NCBI GenBank assembly: GCA_017991415.1
Contig: JAGOQR010000001.1
Coordinates: 405,992-469,991 of the forward strand
Direction of reading: 5' to 3'
Source: Candidatus Magasanikiibacteriota bacterium
GTDB lineage: Bacteria; Patescibacteriota; Patescibacteriia; Magasanikbacterales; GWA2-37-8
DNA: 64,000 bases
Both the position numbers and the translations under genes were made by a program. Below are positions 1 through 9,083 of the stretch, piece after piece; the first letter of the stretch is position 1, and each line of letters opens with the position of its first letter. Under the pieces are notes generated by a model. The model worked only from the letters and a program-made list of their open reading frames with translations, did not search any database and was not told the origin of the DNA.

Positions 1-61
1 GGACCAGCAATAACAATTATTTTTGGTAATTTTTTCTCCATACAATCGACGGTTCTAACCA

Positions 62-88
62 AAAACATCCGCTCAGCGGATGTTTTTT
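62..88. terminator. Rho-independent terminator hairpin (catccgct-cagc-agcggatg flanked by A/T runs), bidirectional
   Basis: Perfect 8-bp inverted repeat with 4-nt loop, T-run on the plus strand and A-run (T-run on minus); lies downstream of the minus-strand small ORF 99..290. Confidence 0.6.
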
Positions 89-98
89 ATGTTAATTT

Positions 99-290
99 TT
101 AAGCTGCTTTTTCTGAACTGTCACTTAGATCCCCTTCCTCGAGCTCTACCCCTCTGAGTTCAAATGTTTTTGTTCCACCAGATTTTGGTTTTACGGATTC
201 AGCACCAACGGGAGGTCTTACTGCTTCAGCCCTATAATCTCTTTGCCTTTTTATTTCTGCGGCTGATAAACGGGTTCTTCCTTCTCTCAT
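99..290 (-). CDS. hypothetical small basic protein (63 aa), downstream of thrS
   Basis: ATG-initiated ORF followed by a terminator hairpin; preceded by a near-consensus promoter (346..375). No SD; identity not recognised. It could instead be part of a ~280-nt ncRNA. Confidence 0.3.
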   Translation of the reverse strand: MREGRTRLSAAEIKRQRDYRAEAVRPPVGAESVKPKSGGTKTFELRGVELEEGDLSDSSEKAA

Positions 291-345
291 ATTGTTATGA
301 TTTTAATCTTAATATAACAGGAATTACATTAAGCTTAACAATATG

Positions 346-375
346 TATTGTACCATTTTTTAGCGATTTTGTCAA
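346..375 (-). promoter_or_regulatory. sigma70-like promoter on minus strand: TTGACA-17nt-TACAAT
   Basis: Reverse complement of 346..375 reads TTGACAaaatcgctaaaaaatggTACAAT: -35 at 375..370, -10 at 351..346. Confidence 0.5.
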
Positions 376-402
376 TGGTTTTTACCATTATTTTTGCTAA
401 TC

Positions 403-2154
403 TTAGGCATTTTTTTCTTTTATTTCTACTTGCACTTTTTGGACAAATTCGGCTTTTTCCATTTTGATCTGATCCTTTTGTCCTCTTACCCGTATCATCC
501 ACGGCTCACCGCCCAATTCTTTATCACCTACCACCACAATATAAGGAATTTTTTGCCCAGCAGCTTTTCGTACCTTATTACCAATTGTTTCATCAGCCTC
601 ATCTATTCCTACTCGAATACCAGCTTCTGAAAGTTCTTTTAACAAAATGCGGGCACCGTCTACATGCTTAGAAGAAACAGGCGCTAACTGTACTTGCACT
701 GGAGAAACCCATACCGGGAAAGCACCAGCATGATGCTCAATCAAAATCGACAAGAAACGCTCAATAGAACCCATGATTGCAGCATGCACCATTACAATTC
801 TCTCTTTTTCTCCCTGCTCGTTCGTACAAACCAAATCAAAACGCTCTGGCTGCATACGATCAATTTGGATAGTGGCCACCTGCCATTCACGGCCAATAGA
901 ATCTTTGGCCATAAAATCTATTTTTGGCCCATACATAGCTGCTTCTCCTAGGGCTTCAAAGGCTTCTACACCTCTTTCTTGCACCATCTCACGCAATTGT
1001 TTTTCTGTACGCTCCCACACCTCTTTGGTTCCTAAATATTTTTCAAAGTTTTTTGGATCATGTAACGATAATCGTACACGCAAATCACCAAAGCCAACTG
1101 CTTTATAAAACAATTCTATGATATCCCAAATTTTAAACATTTCTTCTTTTACCTGACTTTCACGACAAAATACATGGGCATCATCCTGAGCAAAACCACG
1201 AACACGCGAAAGACCGTGCAACTCACCACTTTGTTCATCACGATAACACATCGTGGTTTCCGCATACCGCTGCGGCAAATCGCGATAGCTGCGAGAAAGA
1301 TGGTTATATATCTGCGTATGGTGCGGACAATTCATTGGCTTCATGGCAAACTCATGACCTTCACGAGTAGTAATTTTAAATAAATCATCTTTAAATTTGT
1401 CCCAATGACCACTTGTTTCGTATAAATCTTTTTTAGTAATATGAGGAATAGAAACTTTCTCATAGCCTCGCTCTTTACGTAATTGCCACACAAAATCATC
1501 GAGAGTATTTCGTAACAAAGTGCCTTTTGGCGTCCACAAGGCTAATCCAGCACCTACCAAGTCAGAGAAGGTAAACAAGTCGAGTTCAGCACCTAACTTA
1601 CGATGATCTCTTTTCTTAGCCTCTTCTAATTTTTCTAAATAACCATCCAACTCCTCTTTGGTTTCAAATAACAAACCATAAATTCTGGTAAGCATTGGAT
1701 TTTTTTCACTACCGCGCCAATACGCACCAGCCACACGCTGCAACATAAGACCATCTAGAGGAATTTGATTGGTATTTTCTACGTGCCCGCCACGACACAG
1801 ATCTTTAAATGGACCGGATTCGTAAATAGTTAACTCTTTGCCTTCGCCTGCAAATTCCTTAATTAATTCCAATTTAAACGGCTGATCTTTTTCTTCGGCC
1901 TCAGCTTCGCTAGCTGTAACTTTTCTACCAACAAATTTATGATTGCCTTTAATGATATGCTTCATTTTTTTCTCAATATCTTTCAAATTGGCTTCGGAAA
2001 CCACCACACCTTCAGGAAACAAAAAATCATAATAGAAACCGTTTTCTACAGTTGGCCCAATACCAAGCTTAGTACCAGGATACAAATCCAAAATAGCAGC
2101 TGCGAGCATGTGAGCAGCGGAATGGCGAATATGGTCTAGCTGTTCATTTGTCAT
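403..2154 (-). CDS. thrS: threonine--tRNA ligase (ThrRS)
   Basis: 583 aa; N-terminal editing-domain motif HIRHSAAHMLAAAI, class II aaRS core; ATG start verified at 2152-2154. Confidence 0.95.
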   Translation of the reverse strand: MTNEQLDHIRHSAAHMLAAAILDLYPGTKLGIGPTVENGFYYDFLFPEGVVVSEANLKDIEKKMKHIIKGNHKFVGRKVTASEAEAEEKDQPFKLELIKEFAGEGKELTIYESGPFKDLCRGGHVENTNQIPLDGLMLQRVAGAYWRGSEKNPMLTRIYGLLFETKEELDGYLEKLEEAKKRDHRKLGAELDLFTFSDLVGAGLALWTPKGTLLRNTLDDFVWQLRKERGYEKVSIPHITKKDLYETSGHWDKFKDDLFKITTREGHEFAMKPMNCPHHTQIYNHLSRSYRDLPQRYAETTMCYRDEQSGELHGLSRVRGFAQDDAHVFCRESQVKEEMFKIWDIIELFYKAVGFGDLRVRLSLHDPKNFEKYLGTKEVWERTEKQLREMVQERGVEAFEALGEAAMYGPKIDFMAKDSIGREWQVATIQIDRMQPERFDLVCTNEQGEKERIVMVHAAIMGSIERFLSILIEHHAGAFPVWVSPVQVQLAPVSSKHVDGARILLKELSEAGIRVGIDEADETIGNKVRKAAGQKIPYIVVVGDKELGGEPWMIRVRGQKDQIKMEKAEFVQKVQVEIKEKNA

Positions 2155-2159
2155 AGATT

Positions 2160-2370
2160 AAAACTTAGTATTTAAATAAATTTAATTAAACAAAAACCCC
2201 GATATACAAAAATTGTATATCGGGGTCAAGATGTAATCATCAAGACGGTTCCACCCGAATGTTTCGCTTTTACCTGTTCACACTCCGAGAGTGGTACCAT
2301 GCTTTACAGCTGGGCTGGTTCTCGTACCAACGTGCACCAATTATACTAATCTAGCCGAACTACTTTGTCA
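2160..2370 (-). promoter_or_regulatory. T-box riboswitch leader of thrS
   Basis: On the minus strand: putative promoter TTGACA-17-TAGTAT. Stem I GGUAC...GUACC encloses the specifier GAACCA (Thr codon ACC + A). T-box sequence AACAUUCGGGUGGAACCGUC (plus 2245..2266) matches the consensus AGGGUGGNACCGCG. Terminator hairpin CCCCGAUAUACAA/UUGUAUAUCGGGG + U-run (2197..2225) lies immediately 5' of the thrS start. Confidence 0.55.
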
Positions 2371-2372
2371 AA

Positions 2373-3518
2373 CTATTCTACATTTTTTACTACTACCTGC
2401 ACCTTGTCTGGCACAGATGGAGCGCTTCTCATCCAAGAAGGAGAAAATTTTACATCGACTCCTACCACATGACCCAAGCCAAACACATACCTTTCGATTT
2501 CATCTTTCTTTTTTCCAAAGAAATTATTAACAGATAATTTTTCACCATTAACATCTAATGTAACTAAAACATCTTGATACACAGAGAGTGTTGCTTTTTG
2601 TTTATCTACATCGTATGTACCCAGAGTAACTTGTGGCTCTTTGTTAAGAGATAAAACCTTCTCTACCGTATCGTCAACATGATTTGAAATTTCTTTGGCT
2701 AAAATATTTTTTAATTCTTCTTTGTTATAATAGACCACTACAGCGGTACTGGTGCCTGATAAATTAAATTCTGAAACTTCTTGGCCCACTTCTTTATCTA
2801 CTGAAATATTATTATCTGGAACAAAAATTAATTTTTGAGAAAAATCCTCATCCTCTCCTAAACTATTTTCTATGCTTTGTTTTACCTTATTTGCAAAATC
2901 TAATTTTGCAGCTTTTACATCTTCGGCACTTAAAACTCCAATAGTTCTTACACCACCTACCATAGCCGCACTACTCGAAGCATAAATAACTTTTTGCTTA
3001 TCTTCACTTAAACCTGGGATAGTAAAAGTACTTGGCGCAATATTACCACTGGCTCCAGCCTGGTCGGCATATACCGCGGCTGTTGTTTGACCTCCTGCAG
3101 GCACAAGTACCCGATCGGAAAGACGAAACAAGACACCGCCTGGAGTAAGTAGTCTGGTAGTTTTAACAAGGGTCTGAGGGGCACTGGTTTGATTGAATAG
3201 AACAACCTCTCCTACAGCCAAACCATCGGTAGTTTTGTTGCCCGTTGGAAAATACTTTTGCACCCAACTAAACTGAGTCGTTGTTACCAAACCAACCAAA
3301 GAAAGTTCACTGTTTTTTTGTTTGGCAACATTTAATTCTAAATTAATATTTTTATTATCTGTTTTAGCTACAATAACAATTGTTGCTTTTTTAGCAGTAA
3401 AAAATATTATCACTCCCAAGAGTATTAAAGTTACAATTAAAAAAGTAACGGCAATGGTACGATAAAAACGTACTGGCGGTTCTGGTGCCAGCTTAGTTGT
3501 AACTCGGTGAGTAATCAT
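2373..3518 (-). CDS. hypothetical membrane-anchored protein (N-terminal TM, 381 aa)
   Basis: Long ORF, ATG verified; single N-terminal hydrophobic helix, no recognisable catalytic motifs. Confidence 0.55.
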   Translation of the reverse strand: MITHRVTTKLAPEPPVRFYRTIAVTFLIVTLILLGVIIFFTAKKATIVIVAKTDNKNINLELNVAKQKNSELSLVGLVTTTQFSWVQKYFPTGNKTTDGLAVGEVVLFNQTSAPQTLVKTTRLLTPGGVLFRLSDRVLVPAGGQTTAAVYADQAGASGNIAPSTFTIPGLSEDKQKVIYASSSAAMVGGVRTIGVLSAEDVKAAKLDFANKVKQSIENSLGEDEDFSQKLIFVPDNNISVDKEVGQEVSEFNLSGTSTAVVVYYNKEELKNILAKEISNHVDDTVEKVLSLNKEPQVTLGTYDVDKQKATLSVYQDVLVTLDVNGEKLSVNNFFGKKKDEIERYVFGLGHVVGVDVKFSPSWMRSAPSVPDKVQVVVKNVE

Positions 3519-3611
3519 AGAAAATCTAAAATATTAGTTTAATTAGCCATATTATACCACAAAAGACACAGGGTACCTAGCTGTGTATAACTTATACGAA
3601 GGTTTAAATTG

Positions 3612-3683
3612 TGTCCTCGTTAGGAGTCGAACCTAAATTTCCGGCTTCGCAGGCCAGTGTCCTATCCATTGAACGACGAGGAC
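3612..3683 (-). tRNA. tRNA-Arg (anticodon read as GCG)
   Basis: Cloverleaf by hand: acceptor GTCCTCG/CGAGGAC, D-loop AATGGATAG, anticodon stem CTGGC/GCCGG with loop CUGCGAA, T-loop TTCGACT; no encoded CCA. Confidence 0.65.
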
Positions 3684-3700
3684 TTAAACGTTTCTCTTAC

Positions 3701-4207
3701 CTAATGCAACTTGAACACCCTGCTCAACCTGTCGCTTAACGGCTCTTCTTCTTTATCCACGTCTTCTAGCAGAAACTGATTAAGAAAGTCTCTGATTGGG
3801 AGCGGATCGTTATCTAAGAGGTTTACCTGTAAACGATGTTTTAGGACGTTCTTTGTTGTAAAATAGATCGTTTTTACTTCGGGCGGATTGTAGACTATCC
3901 AATAGCTGGTAATTTCTTTGAACGGATAGTACAACTCCCCAACTATAATTCCTGCCTCTGTAATGGCAAAGAAAACATCCATAGGCGGCTGAGTATCCTG
4001 AAGGAACAGAATAATGCCAAACAGCACCACTACCAGCGTAAATAGATAATTACCAGAAATAAGGGAATAAAGCAAGAGCAACCCACCAATAATACCAGAT
4101 GTTAAGTACCAACGACCGCTGCGCTCATGCTGCTGATATTCACTCACATCCCAACTAAAAACAACTTCACCGGTATTAGCTTGCTCTCTATTTAAATTAA
4201 CTGGCAT
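3701..4207 (-). CDS. hypothetical membrane protein (168 aa, two TM helices)
   Basis: ATG verified; central hydrophobic hairpin GIIGGLLLLYSLISGNYLFTLVVVLFGIILF. Confidence 0.5.
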   Translation of the reverse strand: MPVNLNREQANTGEVVFSWDVSEYQQHERSGRWYLTSGIIGGLLLLYSLISGNYLFTLVVVLFGIILFLQDTQPPMDVFFAITEAGIIVGELYYPFKEITSYWIVYNPPEVKTIYFTTKNVLKHRLQVNLLDNDPLPIRDFLNQFLLEDVDKEEEPLSDRLSRVFKLH

Positions 4208-4367
4208 ATACTTTATATAAAACTAACCATCACATTCATAATCACTACTAAAGTGTACACAAAAAATAGGTAAAAATCAAGCGACTATAAAAATTGCCTT
4301 TGACCAAACTCTATGTTAAAATTAATAATCTACAAATTATTTTTGGAGTAGAATACATACTACCTCT

Positions 4368-5840
4368 ATGATTGATAACGAACCAATTAATCTGCTCAAA
4401 CCGCAAGGCCTACCACTCACCCCTCCTCCTCAAAAGAAAAACAGATGGGTGATATTTTTTATTTTAGCAGCTGCTATTCTGGGAATTATCTTCTTTAAAA
4501 ATTACTTGGCAGCTCAATCGGCCATGCAGTACGATGCCGACATCCTTAAACCTAAAAAAATTGGATTTTTACAGAGTGTGAAAAATTTTATTTTCCATTC
4601 TGACAATGTTATGATCGGCCAAACAGACGACAGAATAAATATTTTACTCCTTGGAATTGGCGGCTCTGGCCATGACGGACCATATTTGAGCGATACTAAC
4701 ATAATTTTAAGCATCAAGCCGAGCACCAAAGAAGTGGCCATGATTTCGATTCCTCGAGACTTAGCAGTTAAGATAAATAAATATGGTGTAAGAAAAATAA
4801 ATAATGCCAATGCATTTGGCGAGCTAGAACAGCCTGGCAACGGTGCCGATTACGCTCGAAAAATTTTTGAAGAAACATTTAATATAAGCATCCCTTACTA
4901 CGCACGCGTGGACTTTGAAGCATTCAAAGAAATCATAGACAATGTCGGTGGTATTACTATAAACGTAGAACGCTCCTTCACAGACTTGTCCTATCCAGGA
5001 CCAAACGATTCATACCAAACTGTTTCTTTTCAAGCTGGAGAACAAGAGATGAACGGCGAACGAGCCCTCATCTTTTCTCGCTCTCGTCACGGTTCAGGCG
5101 GAGAAGGGTCGGACTTTGCCAGAGCCAAACGACAACAACTTATGCTTTCGGCTTTTAAGAAAAAAATGCTTTCTAGCGAAACTTTTTTAAACCCACTTAC
5201 CGTACAAAAAATTATCTCTTCACTTTCCAAACATATTGTTACCAATATAGATTTTGGCGAAATCATGTTTTTAGCTGGACTAGCCAAAGATATTGATAAT
5301 GAAAATATAAAAAACTTAGTCTTAAGCGATGGGCCTAATGGTTTATTACGATCAACTATTGGCGAGGGGGGCGCTTACTTGCTTATTCCAAAAACTGGCA
5401 ATTTCTCGGAGATCCAGACAGCAATTAGTAATATTTTTATAGCCACAAGCACGCCAACAAGTACCTACTCCAGCCTTTCTACCGAAAAAACAGTTTCCCC
5501 AACCCCTTCTATTACCATTCCCCTTGCTAAAATTGAAATCCAAAACGGGACATGGCGAGCTGGACTGGCCGCATCTAAAAAACAGGAGCTCGAAAAACAA
5601 GGTTTTTTCATTTCTAGCATTTCAAACAGCGTTCGAAGGCCTGTTGCGCTCACTACTATATATATAGCCAATCAAAACACTCCACAAACCCTTATTAACG
5701 ACATATCCAAAAAACTCAACGCATCCTCGAGTACCAACTTGCCAGAATGGCTACAAGTAGCATATAATGAGGCAAATGCTTCCACTACCAAACCAGACAT
5801 TATTGTTATGTTAGGGGAAGATTCATTATCAAGCCTATAA
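4368..5840 (+). CDS. LytR-CpsA-Psr (LCP) family cell-envelope phosphotransferase
   Basis: N-terminal TM then LCP core LLLGIGGSGHDGPYLSDTNIILSI...AMISIPRDL; C-terminal Ser/Thr-rich tail. Confidence 0.8.
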   Translation: MIDNEPINLLKPQGLPLTPPPQKKNRWVIFFILAAAILGIIFFKNYLAAQSAMQYDADILKPKKIGFLQSVKNFIFHSDNVMIGQTDDRINILLLGIGGSGHDGPYLSDTNIILSIKPSTKEVAMISIPRDLAVKINKYGVRKINNANAFGELEQPGNGADYARKIFEETFNISIPYYARVDFEAFKEIIDNVGGITINVERSFTDLSYPGPNDSYQTVSFQAGEQEMNGERALIFSRSRHGSGGEGSDFARAKRQQLMLSAFKKKMLSSETFLNPLTVQKIISSLSKHIVTNIDFGEIMFLAGLAKDIDNENIKNLVLSDGPNGLLRSTIGEGGAYLLIPKTGNFSEIQTAISNIFIATSTPTSTYSSLSTEKTVSPTPSITIPLAKIEIQNGTWRAGLAASKKQELEKQGFFISSISNSVRRPVALTTIYIANQNTPQTLINDISKKLNASSSTNLPEWLQVAYNEANASTTKPDIIVMLGEDSLSSL

Positions 5841-5890
5841 AACCCTTCTACACACAAAAGGGGTTGGCGGGTTTTAAAGACTATATATAT

Positions 5891-7276
5891 ATGGCTACAC
5901 CTGCAAAAATTGTTGACCAAGATCTGCCTACCGTAGCTTTAGTGGGACGTGTTAATGTTGGAAAATCCACCATATTTAACCGTATGATGGAAGAGAATAA
6001 AGCCATGGTTTCTGACATTGCGGGCACTACCAGAACAAGAAATATTGGCCTAGTAAACTGGCGTGGTAAAAACTTCACTCTGGTTGATACTGGCGGTATC
6101 ACCTTCTCCGAAGGCATTGAACTTGAAGAAGAGATAATTAAACAAACCGAAATCGCTATCAAAGAAGCAGATTTGATTGTTTTTGTAGTTGATGTTCAAA
6201 CAGGGCTACTCCCTCAAGAAAGAGAATTATCAAAACGTCTAATCAAAGAAAAAAATAGAATTATTTTTGTTGCTAACAAAGCTGATAACGAAAAAATGCG
6301 CCTCGATGTGCACGAAGGAGAATGGTTAAAACTGGGCTTTGGCGCACCATTTGCTATATCAGCCGCAAATGGCTCTAATGTAGGTAATTTACTTGATGAG
6401 GTTTTCAAACGATTGAGCAAGACTAAGAAAAAACCAAAAAAGATAAAAGAAGAAAATCCAATTAAAGTGGCCCTGATCGGTAAACCTAACGTAGGAAAAT
6501 CTTCCCTCTTTAACGACCTAATCGGCAAAGAAGAAGTGATTGTAAGCGATATACCACATACAACAAGAGAGCCGCACGACACACTCGTAGAGGTAGACGG
6601 ACAGCCAATCATATTTGTGGATACTGCTGGTATTCGCCGCAAAGCGAGGGTTTCTGGAGAACTAGAGCGAGCAGGTATTGGTAAAAGTCTCGGCATGATT
6701 AAAAAAGCAGATATTGTCTTGCTTGTATTAGATGCGAGCGAGCCAATTACTACTCAGGATCAGCAGCTGGCAGGTTTGTTGCGAGAAAACACTCGCAGCA
6801 CTATTATCGTAGTAAACAAATGGGACCTAGCCGAAGAAAATACTGATGAATTTAGAAATACTATAAAAGAAAAAATATACGCCGACTTCCCTCACTTAGA
6901 TTTTGCCCCTATTGTTTTTGTAAGTGCTAAAACAAAATATAAAATCCACCAAATATTCCCCCTTATCACTCGTGCTTGGCAAGAACGACATGCTATTATT
7001 CCCGAGGATGAATTGCAAGAATTTTTTAAAGCCGCTACCAAAGATCACCGACCTTCTCGAGGCAAAGGCACACGCCATCCACAAATCTTGGCCTTTCACC
7101 AACTACACAACAACCCTCCTCTTTTTGAGATGATGATTAAATACCAAACTTCTGTTCACTTTTCCTACGTTCGCTATATAGAAAATCGTCTACGAGAAAA
7201 ATTTGGTTTTTTTGCAACACCGATTGTCATCAAACTCACCAAGTTACGACGTAACACCCCGATCTCTCGATTATAA
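5891..7276 (+). CDS. der: ribosome-biogenesis GTPase Der (EngA), tandem GTPase domains
   Basis: Two G1 P-loops (GRVNVGKST, GKPNVGKSS) with DTGG/DTAG and NKxD motifs; the track start 5864 is TTG, the in-frame ATG is at 5891. Confidence 0.9.
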   Translation: MATPAKIVDQDLPTVALVGRVNVGKSTIFNRMMEENKAMVSDIAGTTRTRNIGLVNWRGKNFTLVDTGGITFSEGIELEEEIIKQTEIAIKEADLIVFVVDVQTGLLPQERELSKRLIKEKNRIIFVANKADNEKMRLDVHEGEWLKLGFGAPFAISAANGSNVGNLLDEVFKRLSKTKKKPKKIKEENPIKVALIGKPNVGKSSLFNDLIGKEEVIVSDIPHTTREPHDTLVEVDGQPIIFVDTAGIRRKARVSGELERAGIGKSLGMIKKADIVLLVLDASEPITTQDQQLAGLLRENTRSTIIVVNKWDLAEENTDEFRNTIKEKIYADFPHLDFAPIVFVSAKTKYKIHQIFPLITRAWQERHAIIPEDELQEFFKAATKDHRPSRGKGTRHPQILAFHQLHNNPPLFEMMIKYQTSVHFSYVRYIENRLREKFGFFATPIVIKLTKLRRNTPISRL

Positions 7277-7350
7277 TTTTATCTAAAATTAATCTCATCG
7301 GATCTATAATTAACTTAACCAACGGATTAAATCTTTTGCTCACTTCGAGT

Positions 7351-7887
7351 ATGAAAATAATAGTTGGTCTCGGCAATCCAGAAACAAGATACGAAAATAC
7401 GCGGCATAATGCTGGATTTTTAATTATCGACAAACTAGCTTCTCGATTTGAGTTTCCGAGTGCAATCTTTGATAAAAAGACTAACTCTCAAATTATTAAA
7501 GGTGAAATTAATAACAAGCGAGTAATCCTCGCCAAACCCCAAACATACATGAACAGCTCTGGTCTGGCTACACAGGCACTACTTGCTTTTTACAAACTTA
7601 AACCGGGGGACTTAATTGTTATCCACGATGATAAAGATATTCCTCTTGGCGAAACGCGAGTACAAACAAACCGAGGACCAGCTGGCCACAATGGCATCAA
7701 GTCCATCATCGAACAGCTTGGCACGCAAAACTTTATGCGCATTCGCGTAGGCGTTGCTCCTGCCACCCAAGAAAGCATTACCGACACCGCAAGCTTTGTA
7801 CTAGGAAAATTTACTGCAGAAGAAAAAAAGATTTTAAACAAAACAACAGACCATATTATCCAAGAACTATCAGGACTAATCACCTAA
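7351..7887 (+). CDS. pth: peptidyl-tRNA hydrolase
   Basis: MKIIVGLGNPETRYENTRHNAGF signature; the track start 7336 is TTG, ATG at 7351. Confidence 0.9.
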   Translation: MKIIVGLGNPETRYENTRHNAGFLIIDKLASRFEFPSAIFDKKTNSQIIKGEINNKRVILAKPQTYMNSSGLATQALLAFYKLKPGDLIVIHDDKDIPLGETRVQTNRGPAGHNGIKSIIEQLGTQNFMRIRVGVAPATQESITDTASFVLGKFTAEEKKILNKTTDHIIQELSGLIT

Positions 7888-7905
7888 CCGAATACCACGC
7901 AAATC

Positions 7906-8985
7906 ATGAGATATCATGCCGCTCTCGCTCACTTCCCTAAAATCACACCCTCTCGCTACCAAAAACTGGCAACATACTTTTCCGATTTACAGAATCTATG
8001 GGAAGCAGAAATAAACGATCTTGTTTCTGCTGGTTTAGAAATAGGCATCGCTCAAGAATTTTTATCATGGCGAGATAAAAATTCAATTGAAAAAATAGTC
8101 GAACGATTAGAAAAAGAACATATTAATACTGTCTCAATAAACGAACCCGACTACCCCCAACTCCTCAAAGAAATAAATGACCCTCCCCACACTTTATTTT
8201 TTAGAGGCAATCTCCCCGATGACCGAAAACCAACTTTAGGAGTAGTTGGCACCAGAAAAATTACCAGTTACGGAAAATTGGCCTGCCAAGATATTGTCGG
8301 CCCTTTAGCAAGCCAGGGCATCATAATTATCAGCGGACTTGCGCTTGGAATAGACGGTGTTGCACATCAAACAACCCTAGAAAAAAACGGAACCACCATT
8401 GCAGTGCTTGGCACTGGTGTAAACAAAAGCAATGTGTACCCAACACCCCATCAATCTCTTGCAGAAAAAATAATTGAAAATGGTGGAGCTATTGTTTCTG
8501 AATACCCTCCGGGCTTTTCTCCCACCAGCTATTCATTCCCCGCGCGCAACCGTATTATTGCAGGACTCAGTCTTGGCACTCTTGTTATCGAAGCTCCCGA
8601 AACTTCAGGGGCACTTATTACTGCCCGCTGCGCCCTCGATTACAACCGAGAAGTTTTTGCAGTGCCGCATGCTATCACCTCTCCTACCGCTGCTGGACCA
8701 AACAATTTAATTAAAATGGGAGCAAAACTTGTTGCCAGCGCCCAAGATATACTGGATAATTTAAGTATCCAAAGCTTGGGAGAAATAATAAATAGTCGAC
8801 AAAGCCTACCTGCCAACCCAACCGAAACTCAAATTCTTGAATTTTTATCTAAAGAACCAACTCATATAGATGTGCTCAAGAAAGCTACAAACCTAGAGAG
8901 CTCAGCTCTAAACAGCGCCTTAATTTTAATGGAAATAAAGGGTAGAATACGAAATGTAGGTGGCATGAATTATATCCGGCAGTAA
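7906..8985 (+). CDS. dprA: DNA-processing protein DprA (Smf)
   Basis: Rossmann-like core GVVGTRKITSYG...ISGLALGIDGVAHQ; dprA-topA synteny. Confidence 0.85.
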   Translation: MRYHAALAHFPKITPSRYQKLATYFSDLQNLWEAEINDLVSAGLEIGIAQEFLSWRDKNSIEKIVERLEKEHINTVSINEPDYPQLLKEINDPPHTLFFRGNLPDDRKPTLGVVGTRKITSYGKLACQDIVGPLASQGIIIISGLALGIDGVAHQTTLEKNGTTIAVLGTGVNKSNVYPTPHQSLAEKIIENGGAIVSEYPPGFSPTSYSFPARNRIIAGLSLGTLVIEAPETSGALITARCALDYNREVFAVPHAITSPTAAGPNNLIKMGAKLVASAQDILDNLSIQSLGEIINSRQSLPANPTETQILEFLSKEPTHIDVLKKATNLESSALNSALILMEIKGRIRNVGGMNYIRQ

Positions 8986-9083
8986 TACAACTCATAAACC
9001 TTGTATTGTTGACACTTCAAATTATTTATATTATCCTTAATTTTTAACAAACTACCTATTTAACACCTCTAATATTTTCTTTC

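Noticed and set aside
2291-2530. 79-aa plus-strand ORF upstream of thrS
   Set aside because: Overlaps the T-box leader and the start of the next gene on the opposite strand; no start context
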